Of a DNA stretch of 64,000 bases, positions 27,870 through 36,040 are shown one piece after another. A program made the position numbers and the translations under genes. Where the stretch lies: the IMG/VR virus record IMGVR_UViG_3300025944_000001, positions 659-64,658 of that record; one strand, 5' to 3'. Below the pieces are notes generated by a model. The model was not told the origin of the DNA. It saw only the letters and a program-made list of their open reading frames with translations, and did not search any database. This DNA comes from a virus (taxonomy: Duplodnaviria > Caudoviricetes). Every line of letters begins with the position of its first letter. Position 1 is the stretch's first letter.

Positions 27870-28031
27870 CGTTTGGGCATCGCATCAGCGAACTACGACG
27901 CGAGTGCAAGTTGACTCAAAAGGCGCTCGCCAAAGCCGTCGGTAGATCAGGCGTCTACCGACGCAATCAACGCACTTGAGAGACAGTGGATTGAGCGTTA
28001 TCGAGGACCGATGCTCCTAAACGGCGACTAA
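27863..28031 (+). pseudogene. Frameshifted XRE/Cro-C1 helix-turn-helix gene
   Basis: MVTFGHRISELRRECKLTQKALAKAVG in one frame; STDAINALERQWIERYRGPMLLNGD* in the next; the shift lies near GGTAGATCAG. Confidence 0.55.
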
Positions 28032-28048
28032 CATCTTTGTTACGTTAA

Positions 28049-28486
28049 CTATTCCGCCGCCGTATCGGCCGTCGCGCCCGCCTGCATGGCCGCGATGCGC
28101 GCGCGGAGTAGCGCCAGCCGTTCGTCGGACTCGGCGAGGCGTTCCGCATCGGGCGACGCCTGCTCGCGAAGGAGCCGCGCCTTGTCGATGAACGTGCCGA
28201 CCGCCGTCGATATCTGCGATACGGTCGCATCGCCCACCTTATCGGGCGTGATGCCGTCGGTGAGGATCTCAACGAGCGAGTCGAGCTTGTCGGCTAGCGC
28301 AAGGGCTTTTTCGTCACCGACTTTCGTGACCGCCTCGTTGACGCCACGACCGTCTCGCCACCCCGCAACGGTCGACCACGGGATACCGAGAGCCAGCGCC
28401 GTCATCTGGACATTACCGTCATTCGCCTTCAGCAGCGTGAGTGCGGTCGCCTTCTCGTCCTCCGTGTATTGTCGGTACTCTGCCAT
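28049..28486 (-). CDS. Probable terminase small subunit, HTH type (145 aa)
   Basis: RQYTEDEKATALTLL..LGIPWSTVAGWR HTH, then helical oligomerisation segment ISTAVGTFIDKARLL; upstream of terL. Confidence 0.65.
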   Translation of the reverse strand: MAEYRQYTEDEKATALTLLKANDGNVQMTALALGIPWSTVAGWRDGRGVNEAVTKVGDEKALALADKLDSLVEILTDGITPDKVGDATVSQISTAVGTFIDKARLLREQASPDAERLAESDERLALLRARIAAMQAGATADTAAE

Positions 28487-28494
28487 CGTATTAC

Positions 28495-28593
28495 CTACCC
28501 GCCGCCATTGACCGACCACGCCTGCCACAGCGCCCACAGCGCGAACGCCACGGCCAACGTCGCGCCGATGAAGATGAGGAGCGGTCGTGTCAT
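28495..28593 (-). CDS. Small membrane peptide (32 aa)
   Basis: MTRPLLIFIGATLAVAFALWALWQAWSVNGGG, coupled to the upstream stop. Confidence 0.4.
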   Translation of the reverse strand: MTRPLLIFIGATLAVAFALWALWQAWSVNGGG

Positions 28594-28853
28594 CTATGTA
28601 CGCTCGCTTCCGTGCGCCCCGCTTCGTACCGCCGCGTCCGTATCGGCCCGGTCGCCGTTGCCGCCGCAACATCCATGTCGACGTACAGACGCTCACCCGG
28701 TCGTAGCGGGCGTGTCGACAGTACCGGGTTCAGGCGAGGGCACGCGTCTACGGCGAACGCAGGGACCGCGCCGAGACTGGCCGCGAGAGCGTGAATGACG
28801 TCCTCGCGCGGCGCTTGCGGTATTCCCTCGCTGCGGTAGTACGCCTTCGACAT
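28590..28853 (-). CDS. Hypothetical protein (87 aa)
   Basis: Start MSKAYY coupled to the upstream stop. Confidence 0.45.
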   Translation of the reverse strand: MSKAYYRSEGIPQAPREDVIHALAASLGAVPAFAVDACPRLNPVLSTRPLRPGERLYVDMDVAAATATGPIRTRRYEAGRTEASVHR

Positions 28854-29137
28854 CACCAATTGCCTCGCTGGTTGCGCACCGATCCGCTGCACCCGTCCAC
28901 CTCGATAGCGCCGCTGCGACCGCTACGGACGACGTAGGAAGAGCGCACCGGAACCGTAACGGGTTCGACATCATCTAGTGGCTTCGGCGGCGTGATGCGG
29001 GCCTTGTGCCGCCACCCTGCGACCGTTTCGGTCGGTATCTGTAACGTCGTCGCGATCGCATCGTCCGGGACGCCCTCACGGGCCAGAGCGAGCGCACGGT
29101 CCTTGACGTCGGGTGTGTAACCTGAGCGGAACGGCAT
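28853..29137 (-). CDS. HTH protein (94 aa)
   Basis: YTPDVKDRALALAREGVPDDAIATTLQIPTETVAGWR, similar to the terS HTH. Confidence 0.6.
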   Translation of the reverse strand: MPFRSGYTPDVKDRALALAREGVPDDAIATTLQIPTETVAGWRHKARITPPKPLDDVEPVTVPVRSSYVVRSGRSGAIEVDGCSGSVRNQRGNW

Positions 29138-29141
29138 CGCG

Positions 29142-29420
29142 CTAACTCCCGTCGTTGAGCGTGTAGACGCCGCCGAGTTCGCGGTACGGGATACCCGCCG
29201 CCATGATACGGCGCATCCGCTCTTTATCGGGCGCGTCGATCGGCAACCGTGTTTGATTGGTCAGCGCATGGTTCAGGTCGACGAACGCAGCCGGATAGAA
29301 CGACTCCTCGCTCTTCGGCCGGCACGCCCGCACCGCCATGTCGTGGGCGTCATCACGGCGTGGCGCGGTTGACTCGGCAGAACGAATCGCCCAACGGCGT
29401 TTTTGCGTTTCGGATTGCAT
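29142..29420 (-). CDS. Hypothetical protein, first gene after the structured leader (92 aa)
   Basis: ATG with a plausible RBS; in-operon. Confidence 0.55.
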   Translation of the reverse strand: MQSETQKRRWAIRSAESTAPRRDDAHDMAVRACRPKSEESFYPAAFVDLNHALTNQTRLPIDAPDKERMRRIMAAGIPYRELGGVYTLNDGS

Positions 29421-29833
29421 AGGTATAAAGGGAAGCAGTAGCTATGACCGCGAGCCTACAGCGGGATACCGATAGGTTGAGGTCGTGCCCTTGCGGGCGG
29501 AAATGGAGTCGGGGAAGCGAGCGTTACCCACATCTCACGGGCTTTGGTGCACCTCTACCCGTGCGTTTTGTTTAAACTACTCCCCGGCACATCTGACCAA
29601 CGGAGCCTTGCGGACGCTTACGCGGACTAGCCGCCGCCGTGGTCATTTTCTTGCGTCGCCCCGCTTCGAACGTCACGGGCGCGTCGACGATGCGGGCGGT
29701 TCGTGGTCCGGCTAGTATTCCCGAAGGTCGCCACCGCTGGGCGTGGTCTTTCGACCCGGTGCCTCGAACCGCCTCACACTTTCGCGTCGTTCAGTGCCGC
29801 ACAATGTGCTCAAACGGCACCGAACCCAACGCT
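29421..29833 (-). ncRNA. Structured RNA / 5' leader of about 410 nt downstream of the putative late promoter
   Basis: Minus-strand stems capped by stable tetraloops: CGC-GAAA-GTG, GGTC-GAAA-GACC, CC-TTCG-GG, CGC-GTAA-GCG, CC-GCAA-GG; contains a cloverleaf ending in CCA; no credible ORF. Confidence 0.55.
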
Positions 29834-29839
29834 ACGGTA

Positions 29840-29868
29840 ATTATATCATGGCTCGGCAGTTTAGTCAA
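29840..29868 (-). promoter_or_regulatory. Strong leftward sigma70 promoter (candidate late promoter)
   Basis: Minus strand TTGACT, 17 nt, TATAAT with extended-10 TG. Confidence 0.75.
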
Positions 29869-29954
29869 CTATTTGCTAACTCTTTTGTACACTATGCTTA
29901 ACCTTAGAACAAGTGTGCTCAATTGTTTGGTGCTCTAAAAAGGGCACAGCCGTT

Positions 29955-30191
29955 CTACACGGGCGCGACTAACTTTATCGAACGTGTCAGCCCCGGCGTC
30001 GACGAGATGAGTCCGCGCTGTTCGAGCTGGCGCACGACACGATGTACCGCGCTCGTGGACCGGTACCCCGTCGCGGTTTCGAGTTCACGTATGGTCGGCG
30101 GGATGCCCTCTGTTGCCCAATGCGCGGTGATGGCGGCTAGGACGCGCTCCTGCCCCCGCGTGAGGTCGGTGTCGATGGCGTGTGCGGTCAT
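29955..30191 (-). CDS. LexA-like winged-HTH DNA-binding domain without peptidase (78 aa)
   Basis: LTRGQERVLAAI..GIPPTIREL..GYRSTSAVHRVVRQLEQRGLISSTPGLTRSIKL matches the LexA N-terminal domain. Confidence 0.8.
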   Translation of the reverse strand: MTAHAIDTDLTRGQERVLAAITAHWATEGIPPTIRELETATGYRSTSAVHRVVRQLEQRGLISSTPGLTRSIKLVAPV

Positions 30192-30355
30192 GATGATTCT
30201 CCTATGGCCCATGCGAGCACTGCGAACGCCAAGCCCGCTACGGCGTCACCGGCGAAGTAGACCGGTGCGCACGTGGTCGACCACAGCGTCATGGCGGCTG
30301 TCAGCGACGTAACAAGCACCCACGCCGCGAGTCCGTTCCGTATCGAGTGTTTCAT
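30188..30355 (-). CDS. Small 2-TM membrane protein (55 aa)
   Basis: MKHSIRNGLAAWVLV...; two hydrophobic helices. Confidence 0.5.
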   Translation of the reverse strand: MKHSIRNGLAAWVLVTSLTAAMTLWSTTCAPVYFAGDAVAGLAFAVLAWAIGESS

Positions 30356-30879
30356 GGCGTCGTCTCTCCTTTCGTCCCGAGCGCCTTCTCGGCGGCGGGT
30401 ACCGGGCAGCCCCAAGCGTGCTCGTGCTTTTCGCGTACGGCTAAGTATTGCGGTGACGGTCGGCATGAGCACTGCATGGGAGGTGACTCCCACCGCGCCC
30501 ACGACACCTCGTCGTCTTCGGGCATCACCGTGAACCGATCTGTCACCATCGCACTCAGCGCCGTCCTGAGCGCTTGCGCTTCGGCCTCGGCTTCGATACG
30601 CCCCTTACGCTCTCCAAATGCCATCTTGGCATTGGTGCGAAGGTCAGCCTGATAGCGAGAGATTAACGCCTCCGCGTCCCGTCACCGCGCTATGACGGCG
30701 AGCACGGTCGACGGATCGGCAGCGGCTGTGAAATCATCGACGATGGGCTTCCACTTCGCACAGTTCACCAACAACGAAATGTCCGTGTCGTCCCATTCGT
30801 CCATCGCGTCTTTGGCTGCTTTAGCCTTTGCCTCCAACTCGTCGAGGTCGACGGCCGCGACGTCGTTACGGTCGTTCAT
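30352..30879 (-). pseudogene. Ead/Ea22-like protein split by an in-frame TGA at 30682-30684
   Basis: DLDELEAKAKAA...AADPSTVLAVIAR*RDAEALISRYQADLRTNAK runs in frame into MAFGERK (30624-30352). Confidence 0.55.
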
Positions 30880-31008
30880 CTGTGTCGTCCTTTCGTTGCA
30901 ATACTCGCTTGAAGAAGGCCATGGTCGCCTGTGAACCTACCAAGCAACCAAGTATAAAGGTGTCGAACGCCAGCATCAGGCTTTGCGGGTGCATGCAATC
31001 AGGATGGT

Positions 31009-31455
31009 TCACTGCGCACCGCCTTTCGCGAACGCTAGGGCGTCATCGGCCACTTGGACGTCCTCAGTGGCACGTGTACAGAGGCCGCACGGGCACGTTG
31101 GGAAATGCGCGCAGGCAATGTATTGCTTTGCGCGGCTGAGGGCATCAACAAGTGCCCGGTTCGCCATCACGAGGCGATCGCGCTCGTTGACGCACGTGAC
31201 GATGTGCCGTCCGTTGGCTGCTGATGTCGAGTCGTCGGCATCGCAATCCACGTCTACGATCGCTAAGTCCTCGCTAATAATCAGTCTGTTCCGGTTGTTC
31301 CATATCCACGGCAACGGCGAATGCCCCGTCGCGTCCTCCGCGCTCGGGACCGCCGCCGCGTCCGTGTCGGGCGATTCGGCGTTGTCGTAAACGCCAGCAT
31401 CGGCCATCGCGTTCGACAAGTCGTCAAGTTTGCTCATTCGGTTGGTCCTTTCCAT
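31009..31455 (-). CDS. Hypothetical protein (148 aa)
   Basis: HSPLPW...ANGRHIVTCVN resembles phage ead/ea-like accessory proteins. Confidence 0.55.
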   Translation of the reverse strand: MERTNRMSKLDDLSNAMADAGVYDNAESPDTDAAAVPSAEDATGHSPLPWIWNNRNRLIISEDLAIVDVDCDADDSTSAANGRHIVTCVNERDRLVMANRALVDALSRAKQYIACAHFPTCPCGLCTRATEDVQVADDALAFAKGGAQ

Positions 31456-31517
31456 CCTGTCGTCCCTCCCTCTTCCTCGCGGCCAACGTCGCGGTCGCTG
31501 CGTCCGTTGCGTCGACG

Positions 31518-31727
31518 CTATTCGACGTTCTCTTCTAGCGCCTGGGCGTACTCGTCGGCTTCGTCATCATGGGCCTGCTGCCGTTCGTTCCATCGCACCT
31601 TTGCCGCGTGTCGGCATTCGTCGCAAACGTCGTAGCCTGCCGTCGTTCGGCGCTTCGGCGTTCCGTGGACGCGACACAGTTTCGGCGCTGTCGGTGGAGC
31701 GGCCATCGCGCGGGTATAACCGGGCAT
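31518..31727 (-). CDS. Small Zn-finger-like protein (69 aa)
   Basis: CRVHG...CDECR motif. Confidence 0.5.
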   Translation of the reverse strand: MPGYTRAMAAPPTAPKLCRVHGTPKRRTTAGYDVCDECRHAAKVRWNERQQAHDDEADEYAQALEENVE

Positions 31728-31954
31728 TACTCTGTCCTCCTGCTCTTGACCATCGCCGGCAGTTCCCTAGCGAGGTAGTTTGCCGACCACTCTTCGAACT
31801 TGTGGTCATCCTTGAAGAACGGGTCGCGGGCGCACCGTATGTACCAAACCCACTTGATGAACGCTCGCTTGGACATTAGGCCCGCTTTGTGCATCCCGTA
31901 TATCCACAGGTCGCGGTCGACAACCTCCGAAGTGGTTAGCACTCTACTCGCCAT
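31727..31954 (-). CDS. Hypothetical protein (75 aa)
   Basis: Coupled to both neighbours. Confidence 0.5.
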   Translation of the reverse strand: MASRVLTTSEVVDRDLWIYGMHKAGLMSKRAFIKWVWYIRCARDPFFKDDHKFEEWSANYLARELPAMVKSRRTE

Positions 31955-32525
31955 CGGTGACGCCCTCCACGGTCAGCAGTGGCCGAGCCTCGTCCTGTCG
32001 TAGCCGTTTGGCTTCTTGGTACTCAAGGCGCAATTCGTTGACGCTTTCGTCCCTAGACCCGGCGAGGATCTGTTCCGCCGCCCTCATGAGCTGCCCGCGC
32101 TGTACACCGATGGGCGTATCGTCCTCGCAGTACGCCACCCACCCGCCCATGACGGCCACCACGCGCCGTTTCACATCGTCGGTCCATTGCGGCTCACCGG
32201 GCTTCAAGAGGCGCGGAAAGTTCTCGTCCGGGACAACGTGAGAGCCATATTTGCTTCGGAGCGTCAGTATCTCGCCGACGACATCGGCCGCGCTCCGCTT
32301 GGCGGGTGCCACCACGTCACGCCACCGCTCCAGGATCTCGGCCGGCGTCGGTCGCTTCTTGCACTGGGTGCCGATGATTTCCGCAACGACGGCCGTGTCA
32401 CAGTCCGGGATCGTCTGCAACTGCTGGAAATACCAGCGGATAGCCTTGTCGTTCCACGGCTGGTCATATTGCGGTGGCAGCATCTCAAGGGCAGTAGCCA
32501 AAATTGCGAACGCGGCGGTAGTCAT
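31944..32525 (-). CDS. Replication-associated protein, helicase loader/inhibitor G39P-like (193 aa)
   Basis: Directly after the initiator; WYFQQLQ..IIGTQCKKRPTPAEILE pattern. Confidence 0.5.
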   Translation of the reverse strand: MTTAAFAILATALEMLPPQYDQPWNDKAIRWYFQQLQTIPDCDTAVVAEIIGTQCKKRPTPAEILERWRDVVAPAKRSAADVVGEILTLRSKYGSHVVPDENFPRLLKPGEPQWTDDVKRRVVAVMGGWVAYCEDDTPIGVQRGQLMRAAEQILAGSRDESVNELRLEYQEAKRLRQDEARPLLTVEGVTDGE

Positions 32526-33457
32526 TGGGTTCCTCGTAACATCGCATCGATTTCACGGGCACGGTCGGCAACGGACTGTTCGGGCTGATGGCCGTTAGTA
32601 CCGTTGCGGGTCGGTGACGCCCTGCCTGTTGCTTTCGGTAGCCATCGGTCGACTTGCTGACTTGTGAGCGTGCCGACAGCAAAACCGGCAGGTGCAGCGA
32701 ATGCCGTGTCGGAGAAAAACCCGGTAAGCGCCAACTCGTAGGTTTCGATCCCGCCGCCGTGGTCACGACACTTGACCGCGAATGCGCGCAGTTGACCTTT
32801 TTCCTTGTCACCGAGAATCGGGTCACGCCCCATTGCCTCACGGAACTTGTCAATGTACCGCCCGATGAAGTTGCTCGGTGGCGAAGTACGAGGTTCTTTC
32901 GGACTGGCGTCACCACCGTCAGTCCCCTTGGGGGTTTGGGGGGAGTCTTCTCTCCTCTGCTCTTCTCTCTTCTCCTCTTCTCTACTCTCCTCTACCGCGT
33001 TACCTCGCGTTTCTTCGCGATACTGCGCGTTACAATCGCTATCTTGGGCGTTACAAGGCGTGTCACCGGCGTTGCTTGGCGTTTCACTTTCTGCCTCTTT
33101 AGCCTTCTGTCGATGGCGCTGAACACGCTCGCGAACGGCCGTAGGTTTGTCCGATTCCTTGTCATACTGGCGGTCTTCGAAGTGGAGAAAAGTTATCTCG
33201 CTCTCGACGGTGGCACGAACGATTCTGAGGCGGTCAAGCTTTTTTAGCGTATCTACCAAAAGGTCGACGTCGCCGTTCGAAACCTCGATAGCGAGAAGGT
33301 CGCGGTCGTAGTCGAGGATCGCTCCGCGACTCCCTTTTTGGTCCGATGCATAGCAAAGGAGATTGAACCAGACTCGGTGCTCGGCGTCCGTGAGCGTAGC
33401 AAGCTTCTTATCATTGCGCGCCTCTGACCACATGCGGAACCATGGTAGATTGTTCAT
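32522..33457 (-). CDS. Phage replication initiator / replisome organiser
   Basis: PWFRMWSEARNDKKL..RVWFNLLCYAS N-terminal domain, FEDRQY..RERVQRHRQK, internal CNA repeats and E/R-rich linker typical of lambda-O/DnaD-like initiators. Confidence 0.7.
   Translation of the reverse strand: MNNLPWFRMWSEARNDKKLATLTDAEHRVWFNLLCYASDQKGSRGAILDYDRDLLAIEVSNGDVDLLVDTLKKLDRLRIVRATVESEITFLHFEDRQYDKESDKPTAVRERVQRHRQKAKEAESETPSNAGDTPCNAQDSDCNAQYREETRGNAVEESREEEKREEQRREDSPQTPKGTDGGDASPKEPRTSPPSNFIGRYIDKFREAMGRDPILGDKEKGQLRAFAVKCRDHGGGIETYELALTGFFSDTAFAAPAGFAVGTLTSQQVDRWLPKATGRASPTRNGTNGHQPEQSVADRAREIDAMLRGTQ
32997..33085. repeat. Iteron-like repeats inside the initiator gene (candidate origin)
   Basis: GCGTTAC at 32997, 33027, 33048; GCGTTGC at 33069; GCGTTTC at 33007 and 33079. 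Three copies are spaced 21 bp apart, next to a purine/pyrimidine-asymmetric tract at 32941-32995. Confidence 0.5.
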
Positions 33458-33993
33458 GCGCACCACTCCTCTACCGTCTTATCGTTTTTGGAGCTATTGC
33501 ATGTACGGCAAGCAACAACAAGGTTCGAAATGTCGTGCGTACCCCCAAGAGATTGAGGTTTAATATGGTCTAGGGTGAGGTCTTCTACTGAACCGCAGTA
33601 AACACATTTAGCGTCCGGGGTTAATAAGACCACGGCGACCTGACGGCGCACTCTTGCCCAAGTCGCCTTGCGGTACTTTTTATCCCTCATGCGTACGGAT
33701 TCAATAATTTCGGGTTGATGCTCTGCCCATTCGTGCACGACACATGCCCCCGCCTCGCCGTCGAGCCAGCCGGTTTCGCGCAGGATTTCGGCAAAGTTGC
33801 CGTCGTCATACTCGCAGATATCGGTTATCTTTTCGTCGGTGAGGCCCGATAGGTCGCCGGTCGGGCGATTGAGCGCGGTGTACTCAAACAGCGCATGAAG
33901 ACCGAGAATACCGTCGACGCCAGCGCGTTTAGCGAGGCGGCGTGTCTTGCGGTTCTTTGCAAAGCCAATCTTCATTCGGTAGTCGGTATTCAT
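33454..33993 (-). CDS. HNH endonuclease fused to an initiator-like N-terminal domain (179 aa)
   Basis: CVYCG..LTLDHIKPQSLGGTHDISNLVVACRTCNSSK; N-terminus GDLSG..GWLD..VHEWAEHQP. Confidence 0.8.
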   Translation of the reverse strand: MNTDYRMKIGFAKNRKTRRLAKRAGVDGILGLHALFEYTALNRPTGDLSGLTDEKITDICEYDDGNFAEILRETGWLDGEAGACVVHEWAEHQPEIIESVRMRDKKYRKATWARVRRQVAVVLLTPDAKCVYCGSVEDLTLDHIKPQSLGGTHDISNLVVACRTCNSSKNDKTVEEWCA

Positions 33994-34292
33994 TCCTGGC
34001 TGTCTCTCTTCTCGAAACGCTCAATCAAAGCCGCGCACTGGGCCACCTCCCTGGGCATGTGCACACTCTCATCACAAGCCGAAAGCTTCCTGCCTTCAGC
34101 ACTATCGTCACCCGCAGGCTTCCTGCCTTTGGTCTTAGTCTTCGGCCCGAACCGTCGCCACGCCGCCACCGCCAATCTCGCCGCTGTGCACGCCTCGTCG
34201 ACACGCCCGCCCCGGTAGTGCTCACGCGCCCGCAGCGCCCACGCGACGGCGATACGGTCCAACGGCGGGTGCGCTAGGATGTCTTTAGCCAC
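33990..34292 (-). CDS. Hypothetical protein (100 aa)
   Basis: Coupled in-operon ORF. Confidence 0.45.
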   Translation of the reverse strand: MAKDILAHPPLDRIAVAWALRAREHYRGGRVDEACTAARLAVAAWRRFGPKTKTKGRKPAGDDSAEGRKLSACDESVHMPREVAQCAALIERFEKRDSQE

Positions 34293-34554
34293 GAGGCTTT
34301 ATCATGGCGCGGCGAGCGTCGGCGTTCATTCGCACCTTGCCTTTAAGCGCGGCACCGGCAACCGTCGCGCGGTACAATAGTGGGCGATCGGGTACGAGTT
34401 CGACTAGCCCTCTGCGCATAAGCGCCTTCAATGTCGAATCCATGCAGATTGACTTGCCGTTGGCGTACACTTCGGAGTGGTCGTAAATCTGATGCGCTTG
34501 CCACCCCTTCGAGAACCACTCCATCGCCTGCGCCTGTCTTAGCGACAGTTTCAT
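34285..34554 (-). CDS. Winged-helix-like hypothetical protein (89 aa)
   Basis: Start MKLSLRQ; STLKALMRRGLVE..YRATVAG. Confidence 0.5.
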   Translation of the reverse strand: MKLSLRQAQAMEWFSKGWQAHQIYDHSEVYANGKSICMDSTLKALMRRGLVELVPDRPLLYRATVAGAALKGKVRMNADARRAMIKPRG

Positions 34555-34598
34555 CGTTTCATCCTCCACGCCCGCCACGTCGACGCGGGCGCTACGGT

Positions 34599-35084
34599 CT
34601 ACGCGCGTTTGGTCGTGTGCCACATCCCGCAGAGTGGGCACTGATAAGAGTTGCGGACGCCTGTGTGTGGCGCTCTGGCGGCAACTACGGCGTCGGCGGC
34701 TAGCTTATCTAGCAACGTGGTCTTGCCGCATTCACAGCGCGGCGGCTCCGGTATCCCTAACTCGGCCTTTTGCGACGTGGTCAGGTGCCAGCGCGGGCGC
34801 TTGGGGTTCGGCTTCGCAGGCGCTTTCGACGGTGCGGCGTTGCGACAGAACCGGTCGACCAATTCGCGCGTGTGCCGATCCGCTTCAGTCATCGGCTTCC
34901 ACTGTTCGCGTATCTCGGCAATCAGAAGTAGTTCCGCGAGGATGTCCCGCTGCTCCTGGCTGGTCATTGCTTCGAACCCGGACGCGTAATCCTTGCGCAA
35001 CCGCTTCGCCCGATTCTTCGCGAAGTCGCGGAACCGGTCGATAGCTTCGAGTTGTCTGCCGATGTCCGTGCCCTTGAGATACAT
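34599..35084 (-). CDS. Hypothetical protein with C-terminal Zn finger (161 aa)
   Basis: AAGGAG before MYLKG; CECGK...YQCPLCGMWHTT. Confidence 0.55.
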   Translation of the reverse strand: MYLKGTDIGRQLEAIDRFRDFAKNRAKRLRKDYASGFEAMTSQEQRDILAELLLIAEIREQWKPMTEADRHTRELVDRFCRNAAPSKAPAKPNPKRPRWHLTTSQKAELGIPEPPRCECGKTTLLDKLAADAVVAARAPHTGVRNSYQCPLCGMWHTTKRA

Positions 35085-35157
35085 CCTCGTCTCCTTCGTC
35101 ACGTTCGCGTCACCGTCGCGGTCGACGCGCCGACGCCGCCGTGACGTTACGGGGCGG

Positions 35158-35397
35158 TCAGTCTCCACCATCGATATGACGCAGCACCTTTGTGCAAGTG
35201 CCGTCGGTACCTCCGACGTATTCGTTGCGCACCCAACCGGTGTAGTTGTCAATCCACGGATAGCCGCCGAAGCCCTTGCGAATCGTTTCGTCGTAATTGA
35301 ACTGTTCATCGGGCGTGACCGGCCGCGTATTATCGCGGTCGAGTTCGACTTTGTCCCACCCGCCGTTCCAGTGGACGGTTGTAGTTTCAGGCTTCAT
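35158..35397 (-). CDS. Hypothetical protein (79 aa)
   Basis: In-operon ORF. Confidence 0.5.
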   Translation of the reverse strand: MKPETTTVHWNGGWDKVELDRDNTRPVTPDEQFNYDETIRKGFGGYPWIDNYTGWVRNEYVGGTDGTCTKVLRHIDGGD

Positions 35398-35543
35398 CGT
35401 GCACCTGCCACATTCTGCCAGTCCTCATCGACCCGCTCAACGCAATCAGGATGGACGTGTATCCACCGCTTGCCCCAAAACCAGCCCGAGACTTTAGCCC
35501 ATTTGCCGCCTACCATGCGCCTGAACCATTGGAAGTTTTGCAT
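35394..35543 (-). CDS. Small Trp-rich protein (49 aa)
   Basis: MQNFQWFRRMVGGKWAKVSGWFWGKRWIHVHPDC...; fills the gap and is coupled to the next gene. Confidence 0.45.
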   Translation of the reverse strand: MQNFQWFRRMVGGKWAKVSGWFWGKRWIHVHPDCVERVDEDWQNVAGAR

Positions 35544-35549
35544 CGGTCT

Positions 35550-35756
35550 TTATCCTTGGCGCGGTTTCAGTCCCGCAATCTTCAACACGTCCTCGACATC
35601 GCGTTCTGATGCTTGCCGAAGGCTAACCCATTGACCGTCGGGGTGCTTGTAGAACAGCCACGGATTGCCGCCCCATGTCTTGAGAAGCGCAGGCCCGTTG
35701 TCGCCGTCAAACTCTATCCCCTGGTCGACATGAACATTGGTGGTCATTGGTTGCAC
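35550..35756 (-). CDS. Hypothetical protein (68 aa)
   Basis: GNPWLFYKHPDGQWVSLR. Confidence 0.5.
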   Translation of the reverse strand: MQPMTTNVHVDQGIEFDGDNGPALLKTWGGNPWLFYKHPDGQWVSLRQASERDVEDVLKIAGLKPRQG

Positions 35757-36040
35757 TCCTCAGAGGTTGTTGGGCTTGCGCCGAAGGTCTCCGACGCACC
35801 GCAGAACGTGTCAGGCAGACTCTCATCCTGGTTGAGGGCGCTGTAAATCGGGTTGACACCTGATATATCGACTAGGCTGCCCGCCGTCCACACGTGCGGT
35901 CCTTTGCCGTCGTTCGAAGCAGTCAACGACAGGTCGTAATCAAGAATCACGTACCCGCACCATGAACATCGTTGACGTAGCCAGCGACCTTCGATGGTGA
36001 TGTGCTCACCGGCGATGTGGGTAGTTTTTGCAGTAGTCAT
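35744..36040 (-). CDS. Hypothetical protein (98 aa)
   Basis: Start MTTAKTTHIAG coupled to upstream stop; QRCSWCG motif. Confidence 0.5.
   Translation of the reverse strand: MTTAKTTHIAGEHITIEGRWLRQRCSWCGYVILDYDLSLTASNDGKGPHVWTAGSLVDISGVNPIYSALNQDESLPDTFCGASETFGASPTTSEECNQ

Noticed and set aside
29504-29640. ykkC/guanidine-I riboswitch, suggested by AAAGCCCGTGAG
   Set aside because: The upstream conserved CUAGGGUUCCG and GGUCCGAGAG segments are not present; similarity is limited to about 10 nt.
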